From assembly GCA_041498975.1 (NCBI GenBank), contig JBGQJI010000005.1, positions 1-37,962 of the forward strand: a stretch of DNA of 37,962 bases, written 5' to 3'. Origin of the DNA: Candidatus Methylomirabilis sp. GTDB lineage: Bacteria > Methylomirabilota > Methylomirabilia > Methylomirabilales > Methylomirabilaceae. The number at the start of each line of letters is the position of its first letter. Within the stretch, counting starts at the first letter, position 1. The notes below the pieces were generated by a model. That model made no database searches, had not been told where the DNA came from, and saw only the letters and a program-made list of their open reading frames with translations. Made by a program: the position numbers and the translations under genes. Below, piece by piece: positions 19,254-28,111 of the stretch.

Positions 19254-21871
19254 CTGTGGGCCTCGGCCCAGTTGGCCCCTACGCCGATGTCTACCTTCAG
19301 GGGAACGCGCAGGGATGCCGCCCGCTCCATCTCCCCGGTGACCACCCTCTTCGCGACCTCTAACTCGATCTCCGGCACCTCGAACAGAAGTTCGTCGTGA
19401 ATCTGAAGGATCATCCTGGTCTCCAGGGCTCCCCCACTCAGGCGCCGATAGATGTTGATCATCGCCACCTTGATCAGGTCGGCAGCGGACCCCTGAATCG
19501 GGGTGTTCACCGCCAGCCGCTCCCCGAGCTGCCGGACGGCCTGGTTGGAGCTTAGCAGTTCCGGGATGGCCCGCCGGCGCCCCCAGAGGGTGGTCACGAA
19601 ACCGCGCTCCCTGGCCTCCTGTACCGTTCGTTCGATAAATTCCTTGACTCCCCGATAGACCTGGAAGTACCGCTCGATGTAGTGAGCTGCCTCCCCCTGT
19701 GAAATCCCGAGATCCGCGGCAAGGCCGAAAGGGCTCATGCCGTAGATGATGCCGAAGTTGATCGCTTTTGCCCGCCGCCGCATCTCGGCCGTCACGACAT
19801 CCGGCGCCACGCCGAAGATCTCGGCCGCAGTGCTGCGGTGGACATCGGAATCCGCCGCGAAGTCGGCGGTCAAGGCCCGGTCCCCGGAAAGGTGCGCCAG
19901 AACCCTGAGCTCCACTTGAGAATAGTCCGCCGAAAGGAGCCGATGACCCGTCTCGGCGACGAAGGCCCGTCGGATCCGCCGTCCGAGCTCAGTTCGCACC
20001 GGGATATTCTGCAGGTTCGGCTCGCTGGAACTCAGGCGTCCCGTGGCGGCGACCGCCTGATTGAACGATGTGTGGACCCGGCCGGTCCGGGGATCGGCAA
20101 GCTGCGGGAGGACATCGACATATGTCGATTTGAGCTTCGCGAGGCTCCGGTAATTCAGGACCTCCGCAGGCATCTCGTGAGTCCCGGCCAATTGCTGAAG
20201 CACCTCCATATCGGTAGAATAACCGGTCTTGGTCCGCTTCAGCGGCTTGAGCTGAAGCCGCCCAAACAGCACATCCGCCAACTGCTTCGGCGAATTGATG
20301 TTGAACCGTTCGCCAGCCAGGCTGTAGATCCGCGATTCGAGCTGGCCAAGCTGTGTCTCGAGCTCCTTGCCCAGCTCGCGAAGCTGCTCGCCATCGACCC
20401 TGAAGCCGGCCATTTCCATCGAAGCCAGGACCTCGATCAATGGCATCTCGATAGAATTGAACAGCGGAAGGAGTCCAAATGCCTCGAGCTTCGGAAGGAG
20501 GATCCTTTTCAGTTGTCGCGCCAGGTGAGCCTCCCCGGCTGCCCGCCTCATCGCCTCTTCTTGGCTGGCCCTTCGCCCCCTCGGCGCCGATCCCTCCTCG
20601 GGCTTGACACCCAACTGCTCCAGCGCCACGGCCTGAAGCGAATGGTCTGCCCGGTTGGGGTTGAGGAGATAGGAGGCCACCATGGTGTCGAAGGCGAGTC
20701 CTCCCATGTCGATCCCTTCCTTCCGCAGCGCGGCCACAGCCCGCTTGAGGTCATGCCCGATTTTCGCCGGCCGCTTGTCTGCCAGGGCGGGGCGTAGCCG
20801 CTCGAGACCGGGGCCGGGCGTCGTTCCGCCGAATAGGCCAACTCCAACATCCGGGTCAACACAGACGGCAATGCCCCCCAATTGCAGACCGGTCGCCTCG
20901 CCGTCGCTGATCGCGACGGCGATCGCCGCTTCGTCGGAGGCCATCAGGTGTCCGATAAACTCTTCGACCTCCTCTACGCGGTCCAAGGAGATCAGGCGGA
21001 CCGACGCCGATGAGACCTGACAGGTGAAGGCCCCCTGGAGAGCCGTGAACTCCAGCTCGCGAAAAAGGGCCTGCAGGGCGGCATGATCGGGCTCCTGCAG
21101 CACCAGCCTTTCGAGATTCGCCTCGACTGGAAGATCGGTCCTGATCTGGGCCAGACTCCGGCTGAGGCGGGCCTGCCCGGCCTGGCTCTTCAGGATCTCC
21201 CGGACCTTCCCCGATTTCACCTCGGGGAGGCGAGCGAGCACCTCCTCTATGGTCCCAAATTGTTTGATGAGACTCGTGGCGGTTTTCTCCCCGATCCCGC
21301 GTACCCCGGGGATGTTGTCGATCGCATCACCCATGAGCCCCATCACTTCCACCACATGATCGGGTGGCACACCAAAGCGCTCCATGACCTCGGGCTCCCC
21401 GTAGACCTTCTCTTTCATTGAATCATAGACCTGTACCCGCGGTCCAACGAGTTGGAGCATATCCTTATCTCCCGTGACGATGGTCACCCGGAGACCCTCC
21501 GCGCTCGCCTGCCTGGCTACCGAGCCGATCAGATCGTCCGCTTCCTGGCCGGGCTGCATCAGGAGCGGGATCCGCATCGCCTCCACCACGCGATAGATGT
21601 ACGGCAGTTGCCGACTTAAATCATCGGGCATCTCCTCGCGATTGGCCTTGTAGTCGGCGAAACGCTCATGTCGTTCGGTTGGCCCGGGCGAATCGAAGAC
21701 CACGACCAGGGCATCCGGACCCTTCTCGCGGATGATCTTCAGCAGCATGTTGGTGACACCATAGACGGCACCTGTCGGCACCCCCTTGCTGTTGCTGAGA
21801 GGCGGAAGCGCATGATAGGCGCGAAACAGGTAAGAGCTGCCGTCGATGAGGTACAGCGATTCCCCTGCCAC
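19250..21871 (-). CDS. polA: DNA polymerase I
   Basis: LIDGSSYLFRAYHA, EADD, TGDKD (5'-3' exonuclease); TGRLSSSEPNLQNIP, ADYSQVELR, AKAINFGIIYG, QIHDEL. Confidence 0.98.
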   Translation of the reverse strand: MAGESLYLIDGSSYLFRAYHALPPLSNSKGVPTGAVYGVTNMLLKIIREKGPDALVVVFDSPGPTERHERFADYKANREEMPDDLSRQLPYIYRVVEAMRIPLLMQPGQEADDLIGSVARQASAEGLRVTIVTGDKDMLQLVGPRVQVYDSMKEKVYGEPEVMERFGVPPDHVVEVMGLMGDAIDNIPGVRGIGEKTATSLIKQFGTIEEVLARLPEVKSGKVREILKSQAGQARLSRSLAQIRTDLPVEANLERLVLQEPDHAALQALFRELEFTALQGAFTCQVSSASVRLISLDRVEEVEEFIGHLMASDEAAIAVAISDGEATGLQLGGIAVCVDPDVGVGLFGGTTPGPGLERLRPALADKRPAKIGHDLKRAVAALRKEGIDMGGLAFDTMVASYLLNPNRADHSLQAVALEQLGVKPEEGSAPRGRRASQEEAMRRAAGEAHLARQLKRILLPKLEAFGLLPLFNSIEMPLIEVLASMEMAGFRVDGEQLRELGKELETQLGQLESRIYSLAGERFNINSPKQLADVLFGRLQLKPLKRTKTGYSTDMEVLQQLAGTHEMPAEVLNYRSLAKLKSTYVDVLPQLADPRTGRVHTSFNQAVAATGRLSSSEPNLQNIPVRTELGRRIRRAFVAETGHRLLSADYSQVELRVLAHLSGDRALTADFAADSDVHRSTAAEIFGVAPDVVTAEMRRRAKAINFGIIYGMSPFGLAADLGISQGEAAHYIERYFQVYRGVKEFIERTVQEARERGFVTTLWGRRRAIPELLSSNQAVRQLGERLAVNTPIQGSAADLIKVAMINIYRRLSGGALETRMILQIHDELLFEVPEIELEVAKRVVTGEMERAASLRVPLKVDIGVGANWAEAHS

Positions 21872-21875
21872 AGCT

Positions 21876-22634
21876 CTAGCCCCCGCTCGCTACTCCCAGA
21901 TCTCCCAGCTCGTACTGGAGGATGCCCAGTGCCACCAGAGTGGCGGTTTCTGTCCGCAAGGTCCGTTGGCCCAACGAGGCGGTGACAAGCCCTCGATCCC
22001 CTGCCATCTTTACCTCGTCCGGTGCGAGGCCACCCTCCGGCCCGACGAGCAGGTTCAGGTGCTCAACATGGCCGATAAGCCTTACTGCTTCTCTGAGGCC
22101 TCTGCCACCTTCGCGCTCCCAGAGCGCGATCCCGCAAAGGCCGGCCCCCCCATCGGCACCAAAGAAGGCAGCGAACGAGACCGGGTCGTCGATTGGGGGA
22201 ACGATGGCCCGGCCACACTGTTCCGCGGCCTCACGCGCAATGATTCGCCACCGCTGGAGACGTCCGGAACCTCTGGAGACACTCCGCGCACACAGGAGGG
22301 GAACGATCCTGTGGACGCCGAGTTCGGTCGCTTTCTGGACGATCAGCTCCATTTTCTCCGCCCTCGGAAAGCCCTGCAGAAGGGACAGCCGGAGTGCGGG
22401 CTCCGGCACGGTCGCCCGGTTCCCAGTGAGCAGCGCGGTTGCTTCACCGCCGGCAAGCGTGATGAGTTCAACGAAATACTCTGCGCCCGTCCCGTCGAAG
22501 ACAGCCGCCATATCGCCGCGCCGCATCTTCAACACCCGGACGATCTGATGGGTCTGCTCCCGGGAGAAACGAACCCGGTCCTCGGAGATCTGCGCCGGCG
22601 TGACGCAGAAACGATGGAGGGTCTTCAGCCGCAT
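21876..22634 (-). CDS. rsmE: 16S rRNA m3U1498 methyltransferase
   Basis: HQIVRVLKM, VQKATELGV, EAAEQCGR, VGPEGGL, LGQRTLRTETA. ATG 22634 overlaps the prmA TGA. Confidence 0.95.
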   Translation of the reverse strand: MRLKTLHRFCVTPAQISEDRVRFSREQTHQIVRVLKMRRGDMAAVFDGTGAEYFVELITLAGGEATALLTGNRATVPEPALRLSLLQGFPRAEKMELIVQKATELGVHRIVPLLCARSVSRGSGRLQRWRIIAREAAEQCGRAIVPPIDDPVSFAAFFGADGGAGLCGIALWEREGGRGLREAVRLIGHVEHLNLLVGPEGGLAPDEVKMAGDRGLVTASLGQRTLRTETATLVALGILQYELGDLGVASGG

Positions 22635-23635
22635 CAGCGCGAGACAGGGGGAGATACGGCAGGCCTGCGAAACATGAGACCCACCCATCCCGAACCCCGT
22701 CGCACCCGTTCCAGGGCCATGCCGCATTGCCGGAACTTGGCCGCTACCACCCGCTCCTGATCCTTCAGGATCCCCGAGGTGATCAAGCGGCCCATGGGGC
22801 GCAGTGACCGGGCGAGACGGGGTGCCAGGCTCATGAGCCCTTCAGCCGTCAGGTTGGCAAGAACCACGTCAAAGGTCCGCCGCCCAGCCGTATCCAAGGA
22901 GCCCTGTTTCACGACAATCCGGCCGTCTCCCCCGTTCCGGCTGATGTTCTCCAAGGCGACCTCACACGCGACCCTGTCGATATCCAAGGCGAGGACTGGC
23001 CCCGCGCCACACTTGAGCGCGGCGATCGCCAGTAGGCCGGAGCCGGTCCCGAGGTCCAGCACCGATGGACGGCGGTTCGGAGTTCGGAGTTCATAGTTCG
23101 TAGTTTTCACATTCTGGCCCGATAACTCCGGCCTCCGAACTCTGAACCCTGAACTATGAACTCTGAGCTGCTCCATGGCAGCTTCCAGCAACTCAAGACA
23201 CATCTTGGTCGTGGGGTGCTGCCCGGTGCCGAAGGCCATCCCCGGGTCAAGCTCCACCACGATGTCGTCCTCCTTCACAGGAGTGCGCTCCCACGACGGT
23301 CTGATCACCAGGCGCCTCCCAATCCGCAGCGGTCGAAAGAACTCCTTCCATCGGACCCCCCACCCCGGATCATGAACGCGCCGGGAAGTGAGTGTTGCAG
23401 GGCCGACGACGACGCCCTCTAATCGGAGAGACACCAGATAACTTCTCACACGCGCGAGAGAAGTTCCAATGGTAGGATCGTCTGGAAGGTGTGTGAGGAG
23501 GCGATGCGATGCCCCCTCCAAAACAGCGACCGCGGTCGCACCCGATTCGAAAAGCAGCGTGGAGACGAGATCGGCGGCAGGGGGGGAGACCGTGATGATG
23601 ACCTCGACATAGGGGCATCCGGCAGATCCGGACAC
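22634..23635 (-). CDS. prmA: Ribosomal protein L11 methyltransferase with a repeat-derived insertion
   Basis: WKEFFRP, IRPSWE, LDPGMAFGTGQHPTT, VLDLGTGSGLLAI, LANL, ITSGIL. Start uncertain (GTG 23635). Confidence 0.93.
   Translation of the reverse strand: MSGSAGCPYVEVIITVSPPAADLVSTLLFESGATAVAVLEGASHRLLTHLPDDPTIGTSLARVRSYLVSLRLEGVVVGPATLTSRRVHDPGWGVRWKEFFRPLRIGRRLVIRPSWERTPVKEDDIVVELDPGMAFGTGQHPTTKMCLELLEAAMEQLRVHSSGFRVRRPELSGQNVKTTNYELRTPNRRPSVLDLGTGSGLLAIAALKCGAGPVLALDIDRVACEVALENISRNGGDGRIVVKQGSLDTAGRRTFDVVLANLTAEGLMSLAPRLARSLRPMGRLITSGILKDQERVVAAKFRQCGMALERVRRGSGWVGLMFRRPAVSPPVSR
23074..23169. repeat. Palindromic heptamer array inside prmA
   Basis: GGTTCGG AGTTCGG AGTTCAT AGTTCGT ... CCGAACT CTGAACC CTGAACT ATGAACT CTGAGCT. 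Confidence 0.9.
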
Positions 23636-23684
23636 GACACTGCGCGGACGCCTCGCCGAGTCTTTCCGAAGAGGAGCGGCAAGG

Positions 23685-24776
23685 TCAGCCGAAGAGGCTT
23701 TTGACCTTCTCAAAGAAGCTCTTGACCAGAGGGCTCCCGTCCCCGTTCTCAAGCTCAGCATAGGCCTCGAGCAGCTCGCGCTGCTTCACGCTGAGCCGGG
23801 TCGGCACCTCGACCACAACCCTCACCACGAGATCGCCACGGCCACGGCCACGCAGGCTCGGCACCCCCTTCCCGCGCAAGCGGAATTCCGAGCCGGACTG
23901 GGTCCCGGGCGGGATCTTGAGCATCATCATCCCGGACAAACTCGGGACCTCGAGCTCGGCACCCAGGGCCGCCTGAACGAAGCTGACGGGGACGTCGCAG
24001 GTGAGATCGTCGCCGCTGCGTGAGAAGAGCGGGTGCTCCTGAACCGTGATGACGACGTAGAGATCACCGCGATCTCCCCAACGGAGACCGGCCTCTCCCT
24101 CGCCTGTCAGCTTCAAGCGTGTTCCGGTCTCCACGCCCGCCGGGATTTTCACCGTAAGCGCTCGATCGATCCTCGACCGGCCCGTCCCCCGACAGTCCCG
24201 GCACAGATGCTCGATAACACGTCCCTCGCCTCGGCAGGCCGAACAGGTCTGGCTGATCGTCAGAAACCCTTGGGAGTATCGGACCTGACCGCTTCCCCGG
24301 CATGAACGGCAAGTGGTGGGAGAGGTCCCCGGCTTGGCGCCACTCCCCTTGCACGTGCCGCAGGGCTCCAGCCGTGGGATGGTGATCTCCTTCTCCGCCC
24401 CGAGGACGGCTTCCTCAAGGCTGATCTCGAGATTGTAGCGGAGATCGGCGCCCCGGGAGGTAGACCGGCGAGGAGCGCCTCCAAAGAACCCCTCGAAGAG
24501 ATCTTCGAAGACAGAGCCGAATCCCACATCTCCGAATCCCCCGAGACCCGCCCCTTCCCCGACAACACCGAACCGGTCATAGGCCGCCCGCTTTTCGTGA
24601 TTGCTCAGGATTTCGTAGGCCTCAGTGGCCTCTTTGAAGCGCTCTTCTGACGCCTTATCGCCAGGGTTCTTATCCGGGTGATATTTATGGGCCAACCGGC
24701 GATAGGCCCGCTTGATCTCTTCGGGGGCGGCCTCTCGGTCCACCCCAAGCACCTGGTAGTAGTCTCGCTTGCTCAT
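23685..24776 (-). CDS. dnaJ: Chaperone DnaJ
   Basis: J-domain with HPD, G/F-rich region and four CxxCxGxG repeats. ATG overlaps the grpE TGA. Confidence 0.97.
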   Translation of the reverse strand: MSKRDYYQVLGVDREAAPEEIKRAYRRLAHKYHPDKNPGDKASEERFKEATEAYEILSNHEKRAAYDRFGVVGEGAGLGGFGDVGFGSVFEDLFEGFFGGAPRRSTSRGADLRYNLEISLEEAVLGAEKEITIPRLEPCGTCKGSGAKPGTSPTTCRSCRGSGQVRYSQGFLTISQTCSACRGEGRVIEHLCRDCRGTGRSRIDRALTVKIPAGVETGTRLKLTGEGEAGLRWGDRGDLYVVITVQEHPLFSRSGDDLTCDVPVSFVQAALGAELEVPSLSGMMMLKIPPGTQSGSEFRLRGKGVPSLRGRGRGDLVVRVVVEVPTRLSVKQRELLEAYAELENGDGSPLVKSFFEKVKSLFG

Positions 24777-25411
24777 CACTCAACGGTTTCGCGTTCCTGG
24801 TTTCGGGTTTCGGGTTCATTCTCCTCAGAACCCGGAACTCGAAACTCAGAACTCGAAACTCTCGTTTTCGATACCTTGACCATCGATGGCCGGAGCAGAC
24901 GGCCCTCCAGCAGGTAGCCTCTCTGGACCTCTTCAACAACGATGCTGTCCCGGCCATCGGCAGACTCCACCTGAGCCACAGCCTGATGGAGGTTCGGATC
25001 GAACTCATGCCCCAGCGCCCCGATCACCTTGACCCCAGCCTTCTCCAGGATTGTGTGAAAGAGCCGAAGAATGATATCGAGCCCCTCAGCGACACCCTGT
25101 GCGTCCGTCCCGGACTTGGCTGTGGCGATCGCACGCTCCAGGTTGTCCAGGACGGGAAAGAATTCCAAGAGCAGCGCCTCATTCGCGAACTTCATGAACT
25201 CGCTTCGCTCGCGCGCCATTCGTTTCTTGTAGTTCTCGAATTCGGCCTGGAGGCGAAGCAGCCGGTCGTTCAGGGCCTCCACCTCGGCGATCCTCTCCTT
25301 CAGGTCGGTCTGCAATCGCGCAATCGTCGCCTCCGGTTCGGTCCCCGCGGCAACTGGAACTCCCTGGACCTCCTCCGTCGTCGTCTTGGCTTCTTCGCTT
25401 CCTTGCTGCAT
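24776..25411 (-). CDS. grpE: Nucleotide exchange factor GrpE with a repeat-derived C-terminal tail
   Basis: [54 protein letters not shown] before ATG 25411. Confidence 0.96.
   Translation of the reverse strand: MQQGSEEAKTTTEEVQGVPVAAGTEPEATIARLQTDLKERIAEVEALNDRLLRLQAEFENYKKRMARERSEFMKFANEALLLEFFPVLDNLERAIATAKSGTDAQGVAEGLDIILRLFHTILEKAGVKVIGALGHEFDPNLHQAVAQVESADGRDSIVVEEVQRGYLLEGRLLRPSMVKVSKTRVSSSEFRVPGSEENEPETRNQERETVE
24785..24870. repeat. Palindromic heptamer array forming the grpE tail
   Basis: GGGTTTC/TGGTTTC-type units followed by GAAACTC/GGAACTC-type units; translated as [26 protein letters not shown]. Confidence 0.88.
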
Positions 25412-25497
25412 GATTCGGTTGGCTCCACCAGGTTGATGAACACCCATGAGTCATCGACCCGCCATGATGGCCGGAACTACGTTATCAGGATCACGGG

Positions 25498-26541
25498 TTA
25501 GGCATCCACTTCCGTAAGGATTTTGCTCACGAGCCTGGCCGTGAAATCAACCAGGGCTACCATCCGGTCGTAGGCGATCCTTTTCGGGCCCACGATCCCG
25601 AGAACGCCGAGAACATGATCTCCACTCCTGTATGGCGAGGCGATCAAACTGAGCTCGCGCATCTCCTTAATCGCGCTCTCACGGCCGATGATAATCCTTA
25701 ATCCTTCCCGGGTCAGGCATTGATCGAGGATCTTGATGAGCTTCGACTTCTCCTCGAAGGCCTCGAAGATCTCCTTCATCTTCTTGACATCGGCAAACTC
25801 AGGCTGGTGGGCGAAGTTGGCCGCCCCGCCGATATACACCTGCCCCTCCTCTCCCTCCAGCGTCTTGTTGCTGAGTTCCAGGGCCCGGCGCATCAATTGA
25901 TTGAACTCATCACGCTCCTCGGCCATCCGCGCGACGATGCGATCCCTGACCTCCCGGAGAGTCACCCCGCCAAGCACGGCGTTGAGATAGCGGGATATCC
26001 GATCCAGCTCCGGCTGATCGATCACCTCATCGATCGCAATCACCTTCTGCTGAACGAGGCCCGAATCGGCCACCAGGACCACCAGGATCCGCTCCCGATT
26101 GAGGTGAACGAAGTCGATGCGCCGCCAGGTGTTCTGAGCGAGCTTTGGCGCTAGAACCACGGCGGTGTACCGGGAGAGATCGGAGAGAATTCGGCTGATC
26201 TCCTGCATCAGCTCTTCGGGTTGACCCGAGCCAGGTCGGATTCCCTGCTCGATCCGGCTTTCCTCTGTCTTTGACAACCTTGGCCGCTGCATGAGGCTAT
26301 CGACGTAGAAGCGGTATCCCAGGTCGGTCGGCACCCTGCCGGCCGAAGTGTGTGGCTGGAAGAGGTAGCCGATCTCTTCCAGGTCGGCCATGACATTGCG
26401 GATGGTCGCGGCGCTGAGGTGCTCCAGATATCGTCTGGCGATGATCCGGGAGCCCACGGGCTCCCCGGAGGTGATGTAGTCATGAATGACCGCCTTGAGA
26501 ATCTGACGCTGTCTCAAGTTGAGTTCACGGGTTAGCATCAT
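25498..26541 (-). CDS. hrcA: Heat-inducible transcription repressor
   Basis: EPVGSR, SAATIRNVMADLE, PHTSAGRVPTDLGYRFYVD, LGIVGPKRIAY. The second ATG (26538) fits the AAGGAG RBS better. Confidence 0.97.
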   Translation of the reverse strand: MMLTRELNLRQRQILKAVIHDYITSGEPVGSRIIARRYLEHLSAATIRNVMADLEEIGYLFQPHTSAGRVPTDLGYRFYVDSLMQRPRLSKTEESRIEQGIRPGSGQPEELMQEISRILSDLSRYTAVVLAPKLAQNTWRRIDFVHLNRERILVVLVADSGLVQQKVIAIDEVIDQPELDRISRYLNAVLGGVTLREVRDRIVARMAEERDEFNQLMRRALELSNKTLEGEEGQVYIGGAANFAHQPEFADVKKMKEIFEAFEEKSKLIKILDQCLTREGLRIIIGRESAIKEMRELSLIASPYRSGDHVLGVLGIVGPKRIAYDRMVALVDFTARLVSKILTEVDA

Positions 26542-26589
26542 CTCCTTTTAGTTCTCTCTCCCTCGCCGCCTTCACCCTTGTCTCTACAC

Positions 26590-26616
26590 TTAGCACTCTC
26601 ACCGAGAGAGTGCTAA
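26590..26616. promoter_or_regulatory. CIRCE element (HrcA operator)
   Basis: Perfect TTAGCACTC-N9-GAGTGCTAA upstream of hrcA. Confidence 0.97.
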
Positions 26617-26627
26617 GTCCACGAAAA

Positions 26628-26659
26628 TTATTATTAGGAGAAAGAGCGGCTATTGTCAA
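26628..26659 (-). promoter_or_regulatory. Putative sigma70 promoter of the hrcA operon
   Basis: TTGACA (26659-26654), then TAATAATAAT starting 17 bp downstream, immediately upstream of CIRCE. Confidence 0.65.
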
Positions 26660-26674
26660 GCGGATTTGCCACGC

Positions 26675-26884
26675 CAAGTGTCGGTCCAATTAACTTCGTC
26701 CAGCGGCGTTGCCGGCCCCTGCGTCACTCCCTGCGATGTACCCAACAACGTACGCCGGGTACCCGCAAAGTGGCTGCGGCCCCAGGGGCCGCGCCTGCAT
26801 TCACCTTCGGCGGGGTACCCAGCTCGATTCTTGGTACGACACGGTGCCCGCCAACTCAAGCTAAACTTGTTGAAGGCACACTCG
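26675..26884. mobile_element. MITE-like element, copy 2
   Basis: Starts CAAGTGTCGGTCCAA. Inverted end TTGGTACGACACGG (26831-26844), then a short hairpin unit GTGCCCGCCAAC...GTTGAAGGCAC. Shares the 22-mer ACAACGTACGCCGGGTACCCGC with copy 1. Confidence 0.7.
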
Positions 26885-26896
26885 CAAACCCCTGAA

Positions 26897-28111
26897 TTAC
26901 AGAAGCTGGGCGATCAGCTCATTCGCCACCAGGAGCCCCCGCTCCGTGATCTGTAGCCGCCCCTCTTTCAGGCCAAGGAATCCGGCATCGAGCAGCCACA
27001 TGACTCGATCAGATTCGGCGAGGTCCTCGATGTCCAGCAACTCCCTGAACGTCTGCAGGTCCAGTCCCTCCCGCAACCGAAGCCCGAGCATCAGCCGCTC
27101 GGACCGGAGCAGCTCCTTGGAGAGCGTTTCGCGGGCGGCCACCGCGGTGCCACGCTCCCCGATCGCGCGCAGGTAGCTGGCGGGCAGCAGCTCGTTAGAG
27201 AACCGTTCGCCGCCGAGGAATGAGTGAGCCCCGGCCCCCAGGCCGATGTACTCCTGGTGTCCCCAATACACCAGATTATGGCGGCAGCGGAACCCGGGGC
27301 GCGCGAAATTCGAGATCTCGTACTGGTCGAAGCCGGCGTCGGTCAGCCTGTCCAGGGTCATCTCGTACATCGCCGCCTCCGTCGCCTCATCGGGCAGTCC
27401 GAGAGAGCCTGCGCGATGCTCCTGGTGGAGTCGAGTCCCCTCCTCGAGGATCAGGCCGTAGGCAGAGATATGTTCCGGTCTCAGGTGGATGGCCCATCCA
27501 AGCGACTCGGACCAGTCATCGAGGGTCTGACCGGGCAGGCCGAACATCAAATCCAGGTTGATGTTTGTGAAGCCAGCGTCCCGCGCCAACCAAAAGGCCC
27601 GTTCGGCCTCCTGCACGCCATGCGCCCGACCGATCCGCTGCAGGAGTGTGTCCTGCGCGGCCTGTGCGCCGAAACTCAAACGGTTGATGCCGCCTTCCCT
27701 CATGGCGCGGAGCTTCGGAGGATCTACTGTCCCGGGATTTGCTTCAAGGGATATCTCCACCCCCTCCTCGACCGCGAAGGCCGCCCGGCAGCGATCGACG
27801 ATACCGACAATCTGCGACCCCTCCAGAATCGACGGGGTTCCGCCGCCGAAGAAGATGGAGCACAGCCGACGACCCCGGACCGCTTCCACGGCGGCGCGCA
27901 GTTCGATCTCCCGCGCCAGCCCGTGCAGATATTGCTCTGCCTGGGTTGCATCGAACTGATAGGTGTTGAAGTCACAGTAATGGCAGCGCGAGGCGCAATA
28001 GGGAATGTGGATGTATAACCCCAGAGGTTTCGGGTTTCGGGTTTCGGGTTTCGGGTCAAGGGAAGAGCCCGAACTCAAAACTCGAAACTCCAAACTCGAA
28101 ACGGTGTTCAT
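26897..28111 (-). CDS. hemW: Radical SAM heme chaperone (HemN-like) with a repeat-derived N-terminus
   Basis: LYIHIPYCASRCHYCDF, FFGGGTPS, EANP, YEISNFA, HNLVYW; located between lepA/lepB and hrcA. Confidence 0.9.
   Translation of the reverse strand: MNTVSSLEFRVLSSGSSLDPKPETRNPKPLGLYIHIPYCASRCHYCDFNTYQFDATQAEQYLHGLAREIELRAAVEAVRGRRLCSIFFGGGTPSILEGSQIVGIVDRCRAAFAVEEGVEISLEANPGTVDPPKLRAMREGGINRLSFGAQAAQDTLLQRIGRAHGVQEAERAFWLARDAGFTNINLDLMFGLPGQTLDDWSESLGWAIHLRPEHISAYGLILEEGTRLHQEHRAGSLGLPDEATEAAMYEMTLDRLTDAGFDQYEISNFARPGFRCRHNLVYWGHQEYIGLGAGAHSFLGGERFSNELLPASYLRAIGERGTAVAARETLSKELLRSERLMLGLRLREGLDLQTFRELLDIEDLAESDRVMWLLDAGFLGLKEGRLQITERGLLVANELIAQLL
28026..28101. repeat. Palindromic heptamer array in the hemW 5' end
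   Basis: Four GGTTTCG units, spacer, then CGAACTC/AAAACTC/GAAACTC/CAAACTC/GAAAC. Confidence 0.92.

Noticed and set aside
16194..26956. Plus-strand ORFs 16194-16544 and 26666-26956 sharing PCDVPxNVRRVPAxWLRPQG
   Set aside because: Several core changes are synonymous, but upstream changes are mostly non-synonymous, an indel follows, and there is no RBS. Better explained as the shared DNA repeat.
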